DNA from: Chitinophagaceae bacterium
GTDB taxonomy: Bacteria > Bacteroidota > Bacteroidia > Chitinophagales > Chitinophagaceae
Direction: 5' to 3'
Assembly (NCBI GenBank): GCA_016786785.1
Contig: JAEUVR010000056.1
Coordinates: 1-24,784, forward strand
Length of the DNA stretch: 24,784 nucleotides
Positions 17,333 through 24,784 of the stretch are shown here, one piece after another. How positions within the stretch are numbered: position 1 is the stretch's first letter; every line of letters starts with the position of its first letter. The notes beneath the pieces were generated by a model. That model was given only the letters and a program-made list of their open reading frames with translations. It was not told where the DNA came from and did not search any database. The position numbers were made by a program, and so were the translations under genes.

Positions 17333-17348
17333 GCATTATTTGTTCCAC
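17333..17348. promoter_or_regulatory. perfect 6-4-6 palindrome TTCCAC-attc-GTGGAA (candidate operator), paired with an upstream GTGGAA direct repeat at 17121-17140
   Basis: Read directly from the sequence, about 195 bp upstream of nadA. The half-site GTGGAA also occurs twice at 17121-17140 (gtggaacggctgtggaaaca). Confidence 0.25.
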
Positions 17349-17467
17349 ATTCGTGGAAAACAAACAAAACCGGCTCAGGAAAAGGATAGCTATCGTTAAT
17401 AAAATGTTGAAAGAAGTGGATAAAAGCATCTTTGTAACTTTACCAAAAATCAACGCAATAATTTTGT

Positions 17468-17475
17468 CCCCGAAT
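17468..17475 (+). promoter_or_regulatory. putative -7 element TAatTTTG for nadA
   Basis: It matches the Bacteroidetes TAnnTTTG consensus, 65 bp upstream of the nadA start codon. Confidence 0.3.
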
Positions 17476-17540
17476 TCACATCCCTAATAGTAATAAGAGA
17501 TTATATAAATAATAAAGTATTATTAAATACTACAAAAGTT

Positions 17541-18542
17541 ATGAACATAGAAACCCTTGAAAAAAATATTGGAGAGAAAGGATACCTGGACATTGAGGTG
17601 GACCCGTCGCTGGATATTTTTGAGGAGATTGAAAAGTTGAAAAAAGAAAAGAACGCCGTCGTGCTGGCGCATTATTACCAGGAAGGGGATATACAGGATG
17701 TGGCAGACTATATTGGGGATAGCTTGGGACTGGCGCAGCAAGCGGAGAAGACGAACGCGGACATGATCGTGTTTGCAGGGGTTCATTTCATGGCGGAGAC
17801 GGCGAAGATCTTAAATCCGGCAAAAAAAGTAGTTCTACCCGATCTGAGCGCCGGTTGCTCTTTAGCGGATTCTGCGCCCCCGGAACTTTTTAAAAAATTT
17901 CTGGACAAACATCCCAATCATGTGGTCATCTCCTATATCAATTGTTCTGCAGGAATAAAAGCGCTTAGCGATATTATCTGTACAAGCAGTAATGCCCCTT
18001 ATATCGTGGAAAGCGTACCCAAGGACCAACCGATCATATTTGCGCCGGATAAAAACCTGGGCGCTTACCTGATAAAAAAAACAGGCAGGGATATGTTGCT
18101 TTGGAATGGGGCTTGCATGGTGCATGAAATTTTCAGCTTGGAAAAGATCATGAAGTTGAAAGTGCGTTATCCACAGGCCAAGATAGTGGCGCACCCCGAA
18201 TGCGAGGAACACATACTGAAAGTAGCCGACTACGTCGGTTCTACAACCGGTATCCTGAAGTTTACGCAGAAAGACGAGGGAAAGGAATACATTGTAGCGA
18301 CAGAGACCGGTATCTTACACCAGATGCAGAAATTATCGCCCGATAAGGTCTTTATTCCTGCTCCTCCGAATAATAGTTGCGCCTGTAATGATTGTCCGTA
18401 TATGAAGCTGAATACCCTTGAAAAATTGTATTTGTGCATGAAATATGAGCAGCCGGAGATATTGATGGAGGAGGAACTGAGGCTGGCGGCAAAGAAGCCG
18501 ATCGACAGGATGCTCGAGATAAGCGCCCGGCACGGATTATAG
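17541..18542 (+). CDS. nadA: quinolinate synthase
   Basis: 333 aa. [22 protein letters not shown] and the Cys residues in SAGC...CxxC contexts are typical of NadA. Confidence 0.95.
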   Translation: MNIETLEKNIGEKGYLDIEVDPSLDIFEEIEKLKKEKNAVVLAHYYQEGDIQDVADYIGDSLGLAQQAEKTNADMIVFAGVHFMAETAKILNPAKKVVLPDLSAGCSLADSAPPELFKKFLDKHPNHVVISYINCSAGIKALSDIICTSSNAPYIVESVPKDQPIIFAPDKNLGAYLIKKTGRDMLLWNGACMVHEIFSLEKIMKLKVRYPQAKIVAHPECEEHILKVADYVGSTTGILKFTQKDEGKEYIVATETGILHQMQKLSPDKVFIPAPPNNSCACNDCPYMKLNTLEKLYLCMKYEQPEILMEEELRLAAKKPIDRMLEISARHGL

Positions 18543-18660
18543 GTCGGAACTGGTTGGGGTATATTTGGGAGATGCATGAATGAATATGTTGGTTGAAAAG
18601 CGCTAGGCTTTTAGACTGTACAGGTATATTGGGAATAAGCGTGAAATAAATATTTCTGAA

Positions 18661-19239
18661 ATGAAGATTTGTAGCGCAAATAGGGGGTTGACTGGTTCCA
18701 GGGCGCTGATCGCTATTCCTTTTCTCCTGTTTTCTTATTTTTCGGTTGCACAGTCAGGTTATAATAGATTAATCGGTATTGACCGATATGTCAGCGAGGC
18801 GGATAGTTTGTCCTTTCGTTCTCAAACCAGTTTTCGGCTTACCAAGTTTTTAAAGGAGGATCTGAGCTATTTGGAGCATTGGCATTATTCGGAGGAGAGG
18901 GGGAGGATCGTTATTTTTCAGATCAGCTATATTATTGATTCGATAGAGTTTGCCGAAGTATATTATGTAGACAGGGGAAAGCTTGTTTGTTCAGAGGAGT
19001 ATGAAAAGATCAATTATTCCTTTTTTGAGGATGAGCTCCGGTGGGGAGGAATCTATTATTTTAACGGTTCAACGCCGTTGAAAATGGTTTCTCTGGGAAA
19101 ACGAACAGGAGGCGCGAGAAGGCAGGGAATGATCAGCGAGGATCCTGCCGGGGAGGCGTTGAATCGTTTTAAGAAAAGATATAATGAATTGCTCAGGCAT
19201 TTGCCGATGCTCCCGGGAAAAACTATTATCTCCCCATAA
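18661..19239 (+). CDS. hypothetical secreted protein
   Basis: 192 aa. The N-terminal hydrophobic segment ALIAIPFLLFSYFSVAQS suggests a signal peptide. I recognise no family. Its 3' end overlaps the convergent mnmG stop by 14 bp. Confidence 0.5.
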   Translation: MKICSANRGLTGSRALIAIPFLLFSYFSVAQSGYNRLIGIDRYVSEADSLSFRSQTSFRLTKFLKEDLSYLEHWHYSEERGRIVIFQISYIIDSIEFAEVYYVDRGKLVCSEEYEKINYSFFEDELRWGGIYYFNGSTPLKMVSLGKRTGGARRQGMISEDPAGEALNRFKKRYNELLRHLPMLPGKTIISP

Positions 19240-21088
19240 ATACCATCAGGATCTGAACATCGCTGGGATTGACGCCGCTGATCCGGCTTGCCTGGCCAAG
19301 TGTGGAAGGTTTGATTTTCTTAAACTTTTGCAGCGCTTCGTTGGATAAGGAAGAAATGCGATCATAATCGAAATTTTCAGGAATGCGCAGTTCTTCAAGA
19401 TGCGACATTTTTTTAACCAGTTCCTTTTCCTTTTCAATATAGGTTTCATATTTGATCTGGATCTCGGCCTGTTCAACGGCATCGGCAGGATATTGATGCA
19501 ACAATTGATGAACCTGTGGAACTTCCCTGATCAATGAAGAAAGATCTATCCCAGGCCTTAAAATCAATTGTAAGGCCTTTTGCTTCTGTTCTAAGGGCGC
19601 AGATCTTTTTGATGAAAGATAGGGGTTGATATCATCCGGATGGAGGGATAAGCCTCTAAGGATGGTTTTAATTGAATCAACCTTTTGTGTTTTTTCTTTC
19701 AGCCGCTCCATTCTTTCCTGGGAGGCAAGTCCCAGGCGATAGCTAAGTTCAGTAAGCCTGAGATCAGCGTTATCCTGTCTTAGTAATGTTCGGAATTCTG
19801 CCCTCGAAGTAAACATGCGGTAAGGTTCGTCAGTTCCCTTGCTGATCAGGTCATCGATCAATACGCCTATATACGCTTCGCTTCGTTTGAGGATAAGGGG
19901 TTCCAGATTCCTTATTTTCTGGTGTGCGTTGATGCCGGCCATCAGTCCCTGGCAGGCCGCTTCTTCATATCCTGTTGTGCCATTGATCTGCCCGGCAAAA
20001 AACAGGTTGGCTATTTGTTTTGTTTCGAGGGAGTACTGTAACTGGGTTGGGGGAAAATAGTCATATTCAATAGCATATCCGGGCCGGAACAACCGGACAT
20101 TCTCAAACCCCGGTATTTTACGAATAGCTTCGTACTGGACTTCTTCGGGGAGAGAAGTAGAAAAACCATTTACATATACTTCTACTGTATTCCATCCTTC
20201 GGGTTCTACAAAGATCTGGTGCCTTTCCTTATCTGCGAACCGGTTGATCTTATCTTCTATGCTGGGGCAATATCTTGGTCCAACCCCTTCGATCCTGCCG
20301 GTGTACATCGGGCTTCGGTCGAAACCTGTTTTCAGGGTTTCATGTACTTCCTGGTTGGTATAAGTGATCCAGCAGCTTCTTTGCCTCCCTGGTTTGGGCG
20401 TATCCAGGAAGGAAAACCCCACGATCTCCTGGTCTCCGGGTTGTTCTTCCATTAAGGAATAATTGAGGCTTCTGCCATCCACCCGCGGAGGGGTGCCGGT
20501 TTTAAGCCTGTCGCTTTCAAAACCGAGGGATACCAATTGTTCGGTGATGCCTATAGCCGCTTTTTCTGCTACTCTTCCTCCTCCTATTTTTTTCTCGCCG
20601 ATATGGATAACGCCATTCAGGAAAGTGCCGCTGGTAAGGATAACCGCTTTTGACCTGATCTGGTGACCGAGACTGGTTACTACTCCGTAAACGGTATTGT
20701 CTTTTACGAGGAGGGAGTTTACCATATCCTGGTAAAAATCTACATTAGGCGTTTGTTCCAGCATTTCTCTCCAGGTGGAGGCAAACAACATTCTGTCGTT
20801 CTGGGCCCTGGGGCTCCACATAGCGGGACCCTTTGACCTGTTCAGCATCCTGAACTGGATCGTGCTTTTATCTGTTACGATCCCGGAATAGCCGCCCATG
20901 GCGTCAATTTCCCTGACGATCTGGCCCTTGGCAATTCCTCCCATGGCCGGATTACAGCTCATCTGTCCAAGGGTTTGAAGATTCATGGTGATCAATAAAA
21001 CCTTTGAACCAAGATTTGCCGCAGCTGCAGCCGCTTCACATCCGGCATGTCCCGCGCCGGCAACAATGACATCGTATTCTGGAAACAT
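19226..21088 (-). CDS. mnmG: tRNA uridine-5-carboxymethylaminomethyl synthesis enzyme MnmG (GidA)
   Basis: The ORF-track start at 21163 is a GTG. The conserved protein begins at the internal ATG (21086-21088) with MFPEYDVIVAGAGHAGCEAA, the FAD-binding GxGxAG motif. This gives about 621 aa, the normal MnmG length. Confidence 0.95.
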   Translation of the reverse strand: MFPEYDVIVAGAGHAGCEAAAAAANLGSKVLLITMNLQTLGQMSCNPAMGGIAKGQIVREIDAMGGYSGIVTDKSTIQFRMLNRSKGPAMWSPRAQNDRMLFASTWREMLEQTPNVDFYQDMVNSLLVKDNTVYGVVTSLGHQIRSKAVILTSGTFLNGVIHIGEKKIGGGRVAEKAAIGITEQLVSLGFESDRLKTGTPPRVDGRSLNYSLMEEQPGDQEIVGFSFLDTPKPGRQRSCWITYTNQEVHETLKTGFDRSPMYTGRIEGVGPRYCPSIEDKINRFADKERHQIFVEPEGWNTVEVYVNGFSTSLPEEVQYEAIRKIPGFENVRLFRPGYAIEYDYFPPTQLQYSLETKQIANLFFAGQINGTTGYEEAACQGLMAGINAHQKIRNLEPLILKRSEAYIGVLIDDLISKGTDEPYRMFTSRAEFRTLLRQDNADLRLTELSYRLGLASQERMERLKEKTQKVDSIKTILRGLSLHPDDINPYLSSKRSAPLEQKQKALQLILRPGIDLSSLIREVPQVHQLLHQYPADAVEQAEIQIKYETYIEKEKELVKKMSHLEELRIPENFDYDRISSLSNEALQKFKKIKPSTLGQASRISGVNPSDVQILMVFMGR

Positions 21089-21199
21089 AAGCTGCAAAGA
21101 TAAATTTGTTCGATTAAGCGTAGAAATGTGGAAAGCGCAAATTATTTCATATTCCTGTTCCACGAATAACAGTTTCGTAAAGAAACATATCTTTAGAGC

Positions 21200-21817
21200 A
21201 TGAATAGAAAAAAATGGACGCCTAAGACGGACATCACGGAAGCGGATATCCGGTTCAAAGAAAAGCGGAAATGGCAGATCGCCTTAAGAAGGTATTTGCT
21301 GGATAAACAGCCTTCCGCTTATTATGCCCCTTATTTCGGGCTGGATATCGAAACCTTCAGGGAATGGATCGCGGTACAGTTCGATAAGGAGTGTAATTGG
21401 GAGAATTTTTCGAAGAACTGGCAGTTGGAATTAATTATTCCAGCGAGTTATTTTGATTTTAACCAGGAAGAAGACCTTAAGCTCGCCTGGAACTTTATCA
21501 ATATCAGGGTAGATAGGCTGCCTAAACCCGATTCACCGGCAGGCGAATTGAACCTGCTCTCCGCTAAAAAGTATTTTTCAACGCTTTTTAAGGTCACCGG
21601 GTTTGAAACCTGCCAGAAAATGGTCCAGAAAATAAAGGAATGGGAGCGTGTTCTTATCCAAACATTAGAACCTCAAACCAGGTTCATAGCGGAAAGACTG
21701 GAATATTTTAAGACTCTATCTGGCTTTAACCAGGAGGAAATGCTCAAACTAAATGAGGGGATGGACCTGGAATTAGTGATAGAAGAAGCCAAGATGCTGA
21801 AAAAAATGGGCTATTAA
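21200..21817 (+). CDS. hypothetical protein, no recognised domain
   Basis: 205-aa ORF with no strand conflict. It lies divergent from mnmG and convergent with ybeY. It has a basic N-terminus (KKWTPKTDITEADIRFKEKRKWQIALRRYL) and an acidic C-terminus. Confidence 0.5.
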   Translation: MNRKKWTPKTDITEADIRFKEKRKWQIALRRYLLDKQPSAYYAPYFGLDIETFREWIAVQFDKECNWENFSKNWQLELIIPASYFDFNQEEDLKLAWNFINIRVDRLPKPDSPAGELNLLSAKKYFSTLFKVTGFETCQKMVQKIKEWERVLIQTLEPQTRFIAERLEYFKTLSGFNQEEMLKLNEGMDLELVIEEAKMLKKMGY

Positions 21818-21855
21818 TATTGTTTCGACGCGAAACTGTGACTCGTGGAACGGAG

Positions 21856-22305
21856 TTAAGATCTATCATATAAAGCCAGGCATTCATCTTCCTTCTTCCT
21901 CATCAGTTTTTTCTCTGCCGGCGATTTATCTCCATAGCCAAACAGGTGCAATACGCCGTGAAACATCACCCGATGCAATTCCTGGGTAAAACCGGTTTTA
22001 AATAACCGGGCATTTTCCCTGACACGTTCTATACTGATATAGATTTCTCCATCGATACTGTTCTCGCTCTCTGAAAGATCAAATGTTATGATGTCTGTAA
22101 GATCGTCGTGCTGAAGAAAGCGCATATTGATATCATACAGGTAATCATCGCTGCAGAAGATATAGTCCAGGCTGCCGAGCGGCTTTTCTTCCCGGATGGA
22201 TAGTTCTTTTGTGAAAAGTTTTAAACGCCGCCGGTCCTTTAACTGGAAGGGGAATAAAAAATGAAATTTTATGACAGGAGAAACAGCCGGTTTACGCATT
22301 TCCAA
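21856..22305 (-). CDS. ybeY: rRNA maturation endoribonuclease YbeY
   Basis: 149 aa. The HRVMFHGVLHLFGYGD motif is the YbeY H-x3-H-x5-H zinc site. Confidence 0.85.
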   Translation of the reverse strand: MEMRKPAVSPVIKFHFLFPFQLKDRRRLKLFTKELSIREEKPLGSLDYIFCSDDYLYDINMRFLQHDDLTDIITFDLSESENSIDGEIYISIERVRENARLFKTGFTQELHRVMFHGVLHLFGYGDKSPAEKKLMRKKEDECLALYDRS

Positions 22306-22352
22306 AAATCGTAAGATTATTTATGGATACAAAGCTACATTTGTTGCGAAAT

Positions 22353-22583
22353 ATGAAAAGACTATCGCAAATAAAGCAGGGCAAAATAGTCAGGATCGTG
22401 TCTTTTGAAGACAATGACCTGTTCATCAAACTAATGGAAATGGGATGTTTGCCCGGAGAAAACATCCGGATCGAACAGGTTGCTCCCTTAGGCGACCCGA
22501 TCTCCATTTCTGTAGCAGGTTATAGCCTGAGCCTGCGCCTGAGCGAAGCCAATAATATTTTCGTAGAAGATATTTACCAATAA
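22353..22583 (+). CDS. feoA: FeoA-domain protein
   Basis: MKRLSQIKQGKIVRIVSF...GCLPGENIRIEQVAPLGDPISISVAGYSLSLRLSEANNIFV is a typical ~76-aa FeoA SH3-like domain. The ORF can extend 10 codons upstream to 22323, only 17 bp from the divergent ybeY start. Confidence 0.7.
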   Translation: MKRLSQIKQGKIVRIVSFEDNDLFIKLMEMGCLPGENIRIEQVAPLGDPISISVAGYSLSLRLSEANNIFVEDIYQ

Positions 22584-22606
22584 ATAATTGTCGTAAATAT
22601 GTTTTT

Positions 22607-23185
22607 ATGAAGATCGGACTTTATTTCGGCTCCTTCAATCCAATACATAACGGGCATTTGATCATTGCCAATTACATTGTTCAGCATACCGGGCTCGAAC
22701 AGGTCTGGTTTGTGGTTTCTCCCCAGAATCCCTTAAAAAAATCAGGATCTCTCTTAAATGAATACCATCGGTTATATATGGCGCAGATCTCTGTTGAAGA
22801 AGAACCTGCTTTAAAAGTCTCGGATATTGAATTTCGATTACCTAGACCCTCTTATACTATTGATACGCTTACCTACTTAGACGAAAAATATCCTTCCCAT
22901 GAGTTTGCCCTTATCATGGGAAGCGATAGCTTTCAGAACCTGCCGTCCTGGAAGAATTATCAACAGATCCTCTCGCGTTATCCTGTTTATGTGTATGAGC
23001 GACCTGCTCATGCTCCTGTGAATATCTATCCTGAAGCGCGGATAACTTTTCTTCATGCGCCGCTGCTTGAAATTTCGTCTACCTATATCCGTAATAATGT
23101 CAAAGAAGGAAAATCAATAAGGTTCCTGGTTCCCGACAAGGTCCGTAATGAAATTGAACAAAATGGATATTATCGGAACCAATAA
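22607..23185 (+). CDS. nadD: nicotinate-nucleotide adenylyltransferase
   Basis: 192 aa. MKIGLYFGSFNPIHNGHL is the (H/T)xGH nucleotidyltransferase motif, and the C-terminal ISSTYIR motif is also present. Confidence 0.9.
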   Translation: MKIGLYFGSFNPIHNGHLIIANYIVQHTGLEQVWFVVSPQNPLKKSGSLLNEYHRLYMAQISVEEEPALKVSDIEFRLPRPSYTIDTLTYLDEKYPSHEFALIMGSDSFQNLPSWKNYQQILSRYPVYVYERPAHAPVNIYPEARITFLHAPLLEISSTYIRNNVKEGKSIRFLVPDKVRNEIEQNGYYRNQ

Positions 23186-23230
23186 TAATCCGATTATGTA
23201 TATATTGTAATCATAATGGAATAAGCCATC

Positions 23231-24490
23231 ATGATCCTTCTTCGCCATATTCCTTATTTAAAGGCTGTTTTTCTATTTAGCATAACCGCTTTCGGAGGAC
23301 CGCAGGGGCATTATGCCATGATGTTAAAAACCTTTGTCAATGGCCGCCATGATGTGACTGAAGAAGAATTGATGGAATACAACGCATTTTGCCAGTTGTT
23401 GCCCGGCGCATCTTCCACCCAGGTCTTGACCCTGATCGGTTTTAAAAGAGGAGGCGCCCCGCTCGCGCTGCTCACGCTGTTCATATGGATATTCCCGGCT
23501 TGTTTATTAATGAGCATTTTCTCTTTTCTCTTACTGTACCTGGATGGTAAGTCATTGAATACCAGTCTGTTCCGGTTCGTTCAGCCTATGGCGGTGGGTT
23601 TTCTTGTCTATGCTTCGGCAAAATCATTCCAGGTAGCCGTGAACAATCCCATTACCCGGGTTATCTGTGTCGTGGGCTGTGTTGCTACCTACCTGCTTTT
23701 TAAATCGCCCTGGATATTCCCGGCGCTGATCGTGTTGGGAGGCGTGGCTACCAATTTCAGCCATAAAAGGATCCCGCAGGTAGAGATCAGCCCTAAAAAG
23801 ATAAAATGGGGGAATATCTGGGTGTTTGCCGCAGTTTTTATGGCGGCGGGCCTATTTAGCGAGTTGTCAAGGAAAAATGACTGGCAGAGCCGGAGAATGT
23901 TCAATCTTTTTGAGAACACTTATCGTTTCGGAAGCCTTGTTTTTGGCGGCGGGCAGGTCTTGATACCGATGATGTATGAACAGTTTGTACTCCGGCCTAC
24001 TACTCCCGTGGTGCAGAAAAAGAACGTGGACAAGGAACAGAATGTGATCATGATCAATAAAGACGATTTTTATATAGGAGCGGGGATCGTAAGGGCGATA
24101 CCCGGCCCCGTTTTTTCTATTGCCGCATTCACCGGAGGCATCGCGAACCGCGACAGGGGCCCTACCATGCAGGTCCTTGGTTGTATCATCGGTTCCGTGG
24201 CCATTTTTTTACCAAGCGCCTTACTGGTTCTTTTCTTTTTTCCTATATGGCATAATCTGAAAAAATATGCCGCTGTATACCGCTCGCTTGAAGGTATTAA
24301 TGCGGTTGTCGTGGGGATCATGATCGCTTCGACCCTCTATATGATGAAAGACATTTCTATCACCGAATTGGAGACGGTCAGCTTACTGAATATCGCCGTA
24401 ATCCTCAGCTCCTGGCTGCTTTTATCCTTCACCCGTATCTATGCCCCGGTCATTGTACTGATCTGCCTGCTGTTGGGAGCGCTGACCTGA
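23231..24490 (+). CDS. chrA: chromate transporter ChrA (duplicated CHR domain)
   Basis: 419 aa and polytopic. Each half starts with an FGGP/FGGG-Q motif ([13 protein letters not shown] and [17 protein letters not shown]), the signature of the two-domain long-chain CHR transporters. Confidence 0.85.
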   Translation: MILLRHIPYLKAVFLFSITAFGGPQGHYAMMLKTFVNGRHDVTEEELMEYNAFCQLLPGASSTQVLTLIGFKRGGAPLALLTLFIWIFPACLLMSIFSFLLLYLDGKSLNTSLFRFVQPMAVGFLVYASAKSFQVAVNNPITRVICVVGCVATYLLFKSPWIFPALIVLGGVATNFSHKRIPQVEISPKKIKWGNIWVFAAVFMAAGLFSELSRKNDWQSRRMFNLFENTYRFGSLVFGGGQVLIPMMYEQFVLRPTTPVVQKKNVDKEQNVIMINKDDFYIGAGIVRAIPGPVFSIAAFTGGIANRDRGPTMQVLGCIIGSVAIFLPSALLVLFFFPIWHNLKKYAAVYRSLEGINAVVVGIMIASTLYMMKDISITELETVSLLNIAVILSSWLLLSFTRIYAPVIVLICLLLGALT

Positions 24491-24503
24491 ATTAACCTTT
24501 TCT

Positions 24504-24784
24504 GAAACCGGGGACGATTTTTCTACTCAGATGATCAACTGTCGTTAATTTGCTTGCATGTTGAAGGGGCGGTCTTAAAATCGGTCTGAACTAACCCTAA
24601 AGATGATTTGCTCGCTCAGACAACCCTTATCACTGCTGACCCGCCACCCGTTGGAAGCGCGGTCCTGAACCAACGCGGGAAGGCAATTGTCCACCCCGAA
24701 TAACTTCTCTCTATACCGATCTGCCGCTTATTGCATGGTCCGGTCCCGAACCAGTCTGAGAGATGGTTTGTCCACATAGATAAT
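24504..24784 (+). repeat. degenerate tandem direct repeats (period about 78-81 bp, at least 3 units), truncated by the window end
   Basis: Units begin at 24582 (cggtctgaac), 24660 (cggtcctgaacc) and 24741 (cggtcccgaacc). Each has cggtcYYgaac, then after about 20 nt agatgRtttg-(c/t)tc or tgtccac. A weaker unit sits near 24508. Identity between units is roughly 60-70% by eye. Confidence 0.4.

Noticed and set aside
24504-24784. CRISPR array at the window end
   Set aside because: The repeats are only about 60-70% identical to each other and there is no clean repeat/spacer alternation. The period of about 80 bp does not split into conserved repeat plus unique spacer. No cas genes are in the window.
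24580-24784. TPP riboswitch (CTGAGA at 24756-24761) or SRP RNA, RNase P RNA or cobalamin riboswitch in the same region
   Set aside because: CTGAGA appears, but the GGGG(T/A)GC ... ACCC ... AACCTGATC ... AGGGA order of a TPP element is absent. I could not find the SRP domain-IV motif (GGAAGCAGCC), the RNase P CR-I/CR-IV blocks or a B12 box. The resemblance is better explained by the tandem repeat.
1-24784. A mobile element, defence island or other multi-gene accessory system somewhere in the window
   Set aside because: I found no integrase, transposase, recombinase, restriction-modification, toxin-antitoxin, Cas, phage structural or secretion-system genes. Essentially every ORF of 150 aa or more has a confident housekeeping assignment. 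The only accessory-looking segment is 8230-9930 (tRNA relics plus the SPFH gene).

Overview
Most of this window reads as ordinary chromosomal housekeeping DNA from a Bacteroidetes genome, probably a Chitinophagaceae-like one at roughly 45-50% GC. The lineage call rests on TAnnTTTG-type -7 promoter motifs, the lack of Shine-Dalgarno sequences and the character of the proteins. I saw no CRISPR array, transposase, integrase, toxin-antitoxin pair or recognisable defence operon, and no multi-gene undescribed system that I can defend from the sequence. The most unusual region is the ORF-free stretch 8230-8826, which holds three incomplete tRNA-like elements beside a soluble SPFH-domain protein.

Coding genes in order:
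- 3' end of thiL.
- An S41 peptidase lipoprotein.
- A TfoX N-terminal domain protein.
- A minus-strand run of recX, a carbon-nitrogen hydrolase and nagA.
- dnaN followed by kdsB.
- A DUF458/YkuK RNase-H-like protein.
- A soluble SPFH/band-7 protein.
- A sugar-porter MFS transporter.
- An iron-containing alcohol dehydrogenase.
- corA.
- A DUF2480-like protein.
- A SurA/PpiD-type peptidyl-prolyl isomerase.
- nadA.
- A secreted hypothetical protein.
- mnmG.
- A hypothetical protein.
- ybeY.
- feoA.
- nadD.
- chrA.

The parts not explained by these genes:
1. A 670-bp ORF-free gap (7070-7743) carrying three intrinsic-terminator hairpins and a 31-codon ORF.
2. A cluster of three incomplete tRNA-like elements at 8404-8571, between the YkuK gene and the SPFH gene.
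3. A 620-bp intergenic region upstream of nadA with GTGGAA repeats and a 6-4-6 palindrome.
4. A degenerate tandem direct repeat of about 80 bp that runs off the 3' end of the window.

Every family assignment is from reading the translated ORFs by eye. I ran no searches.
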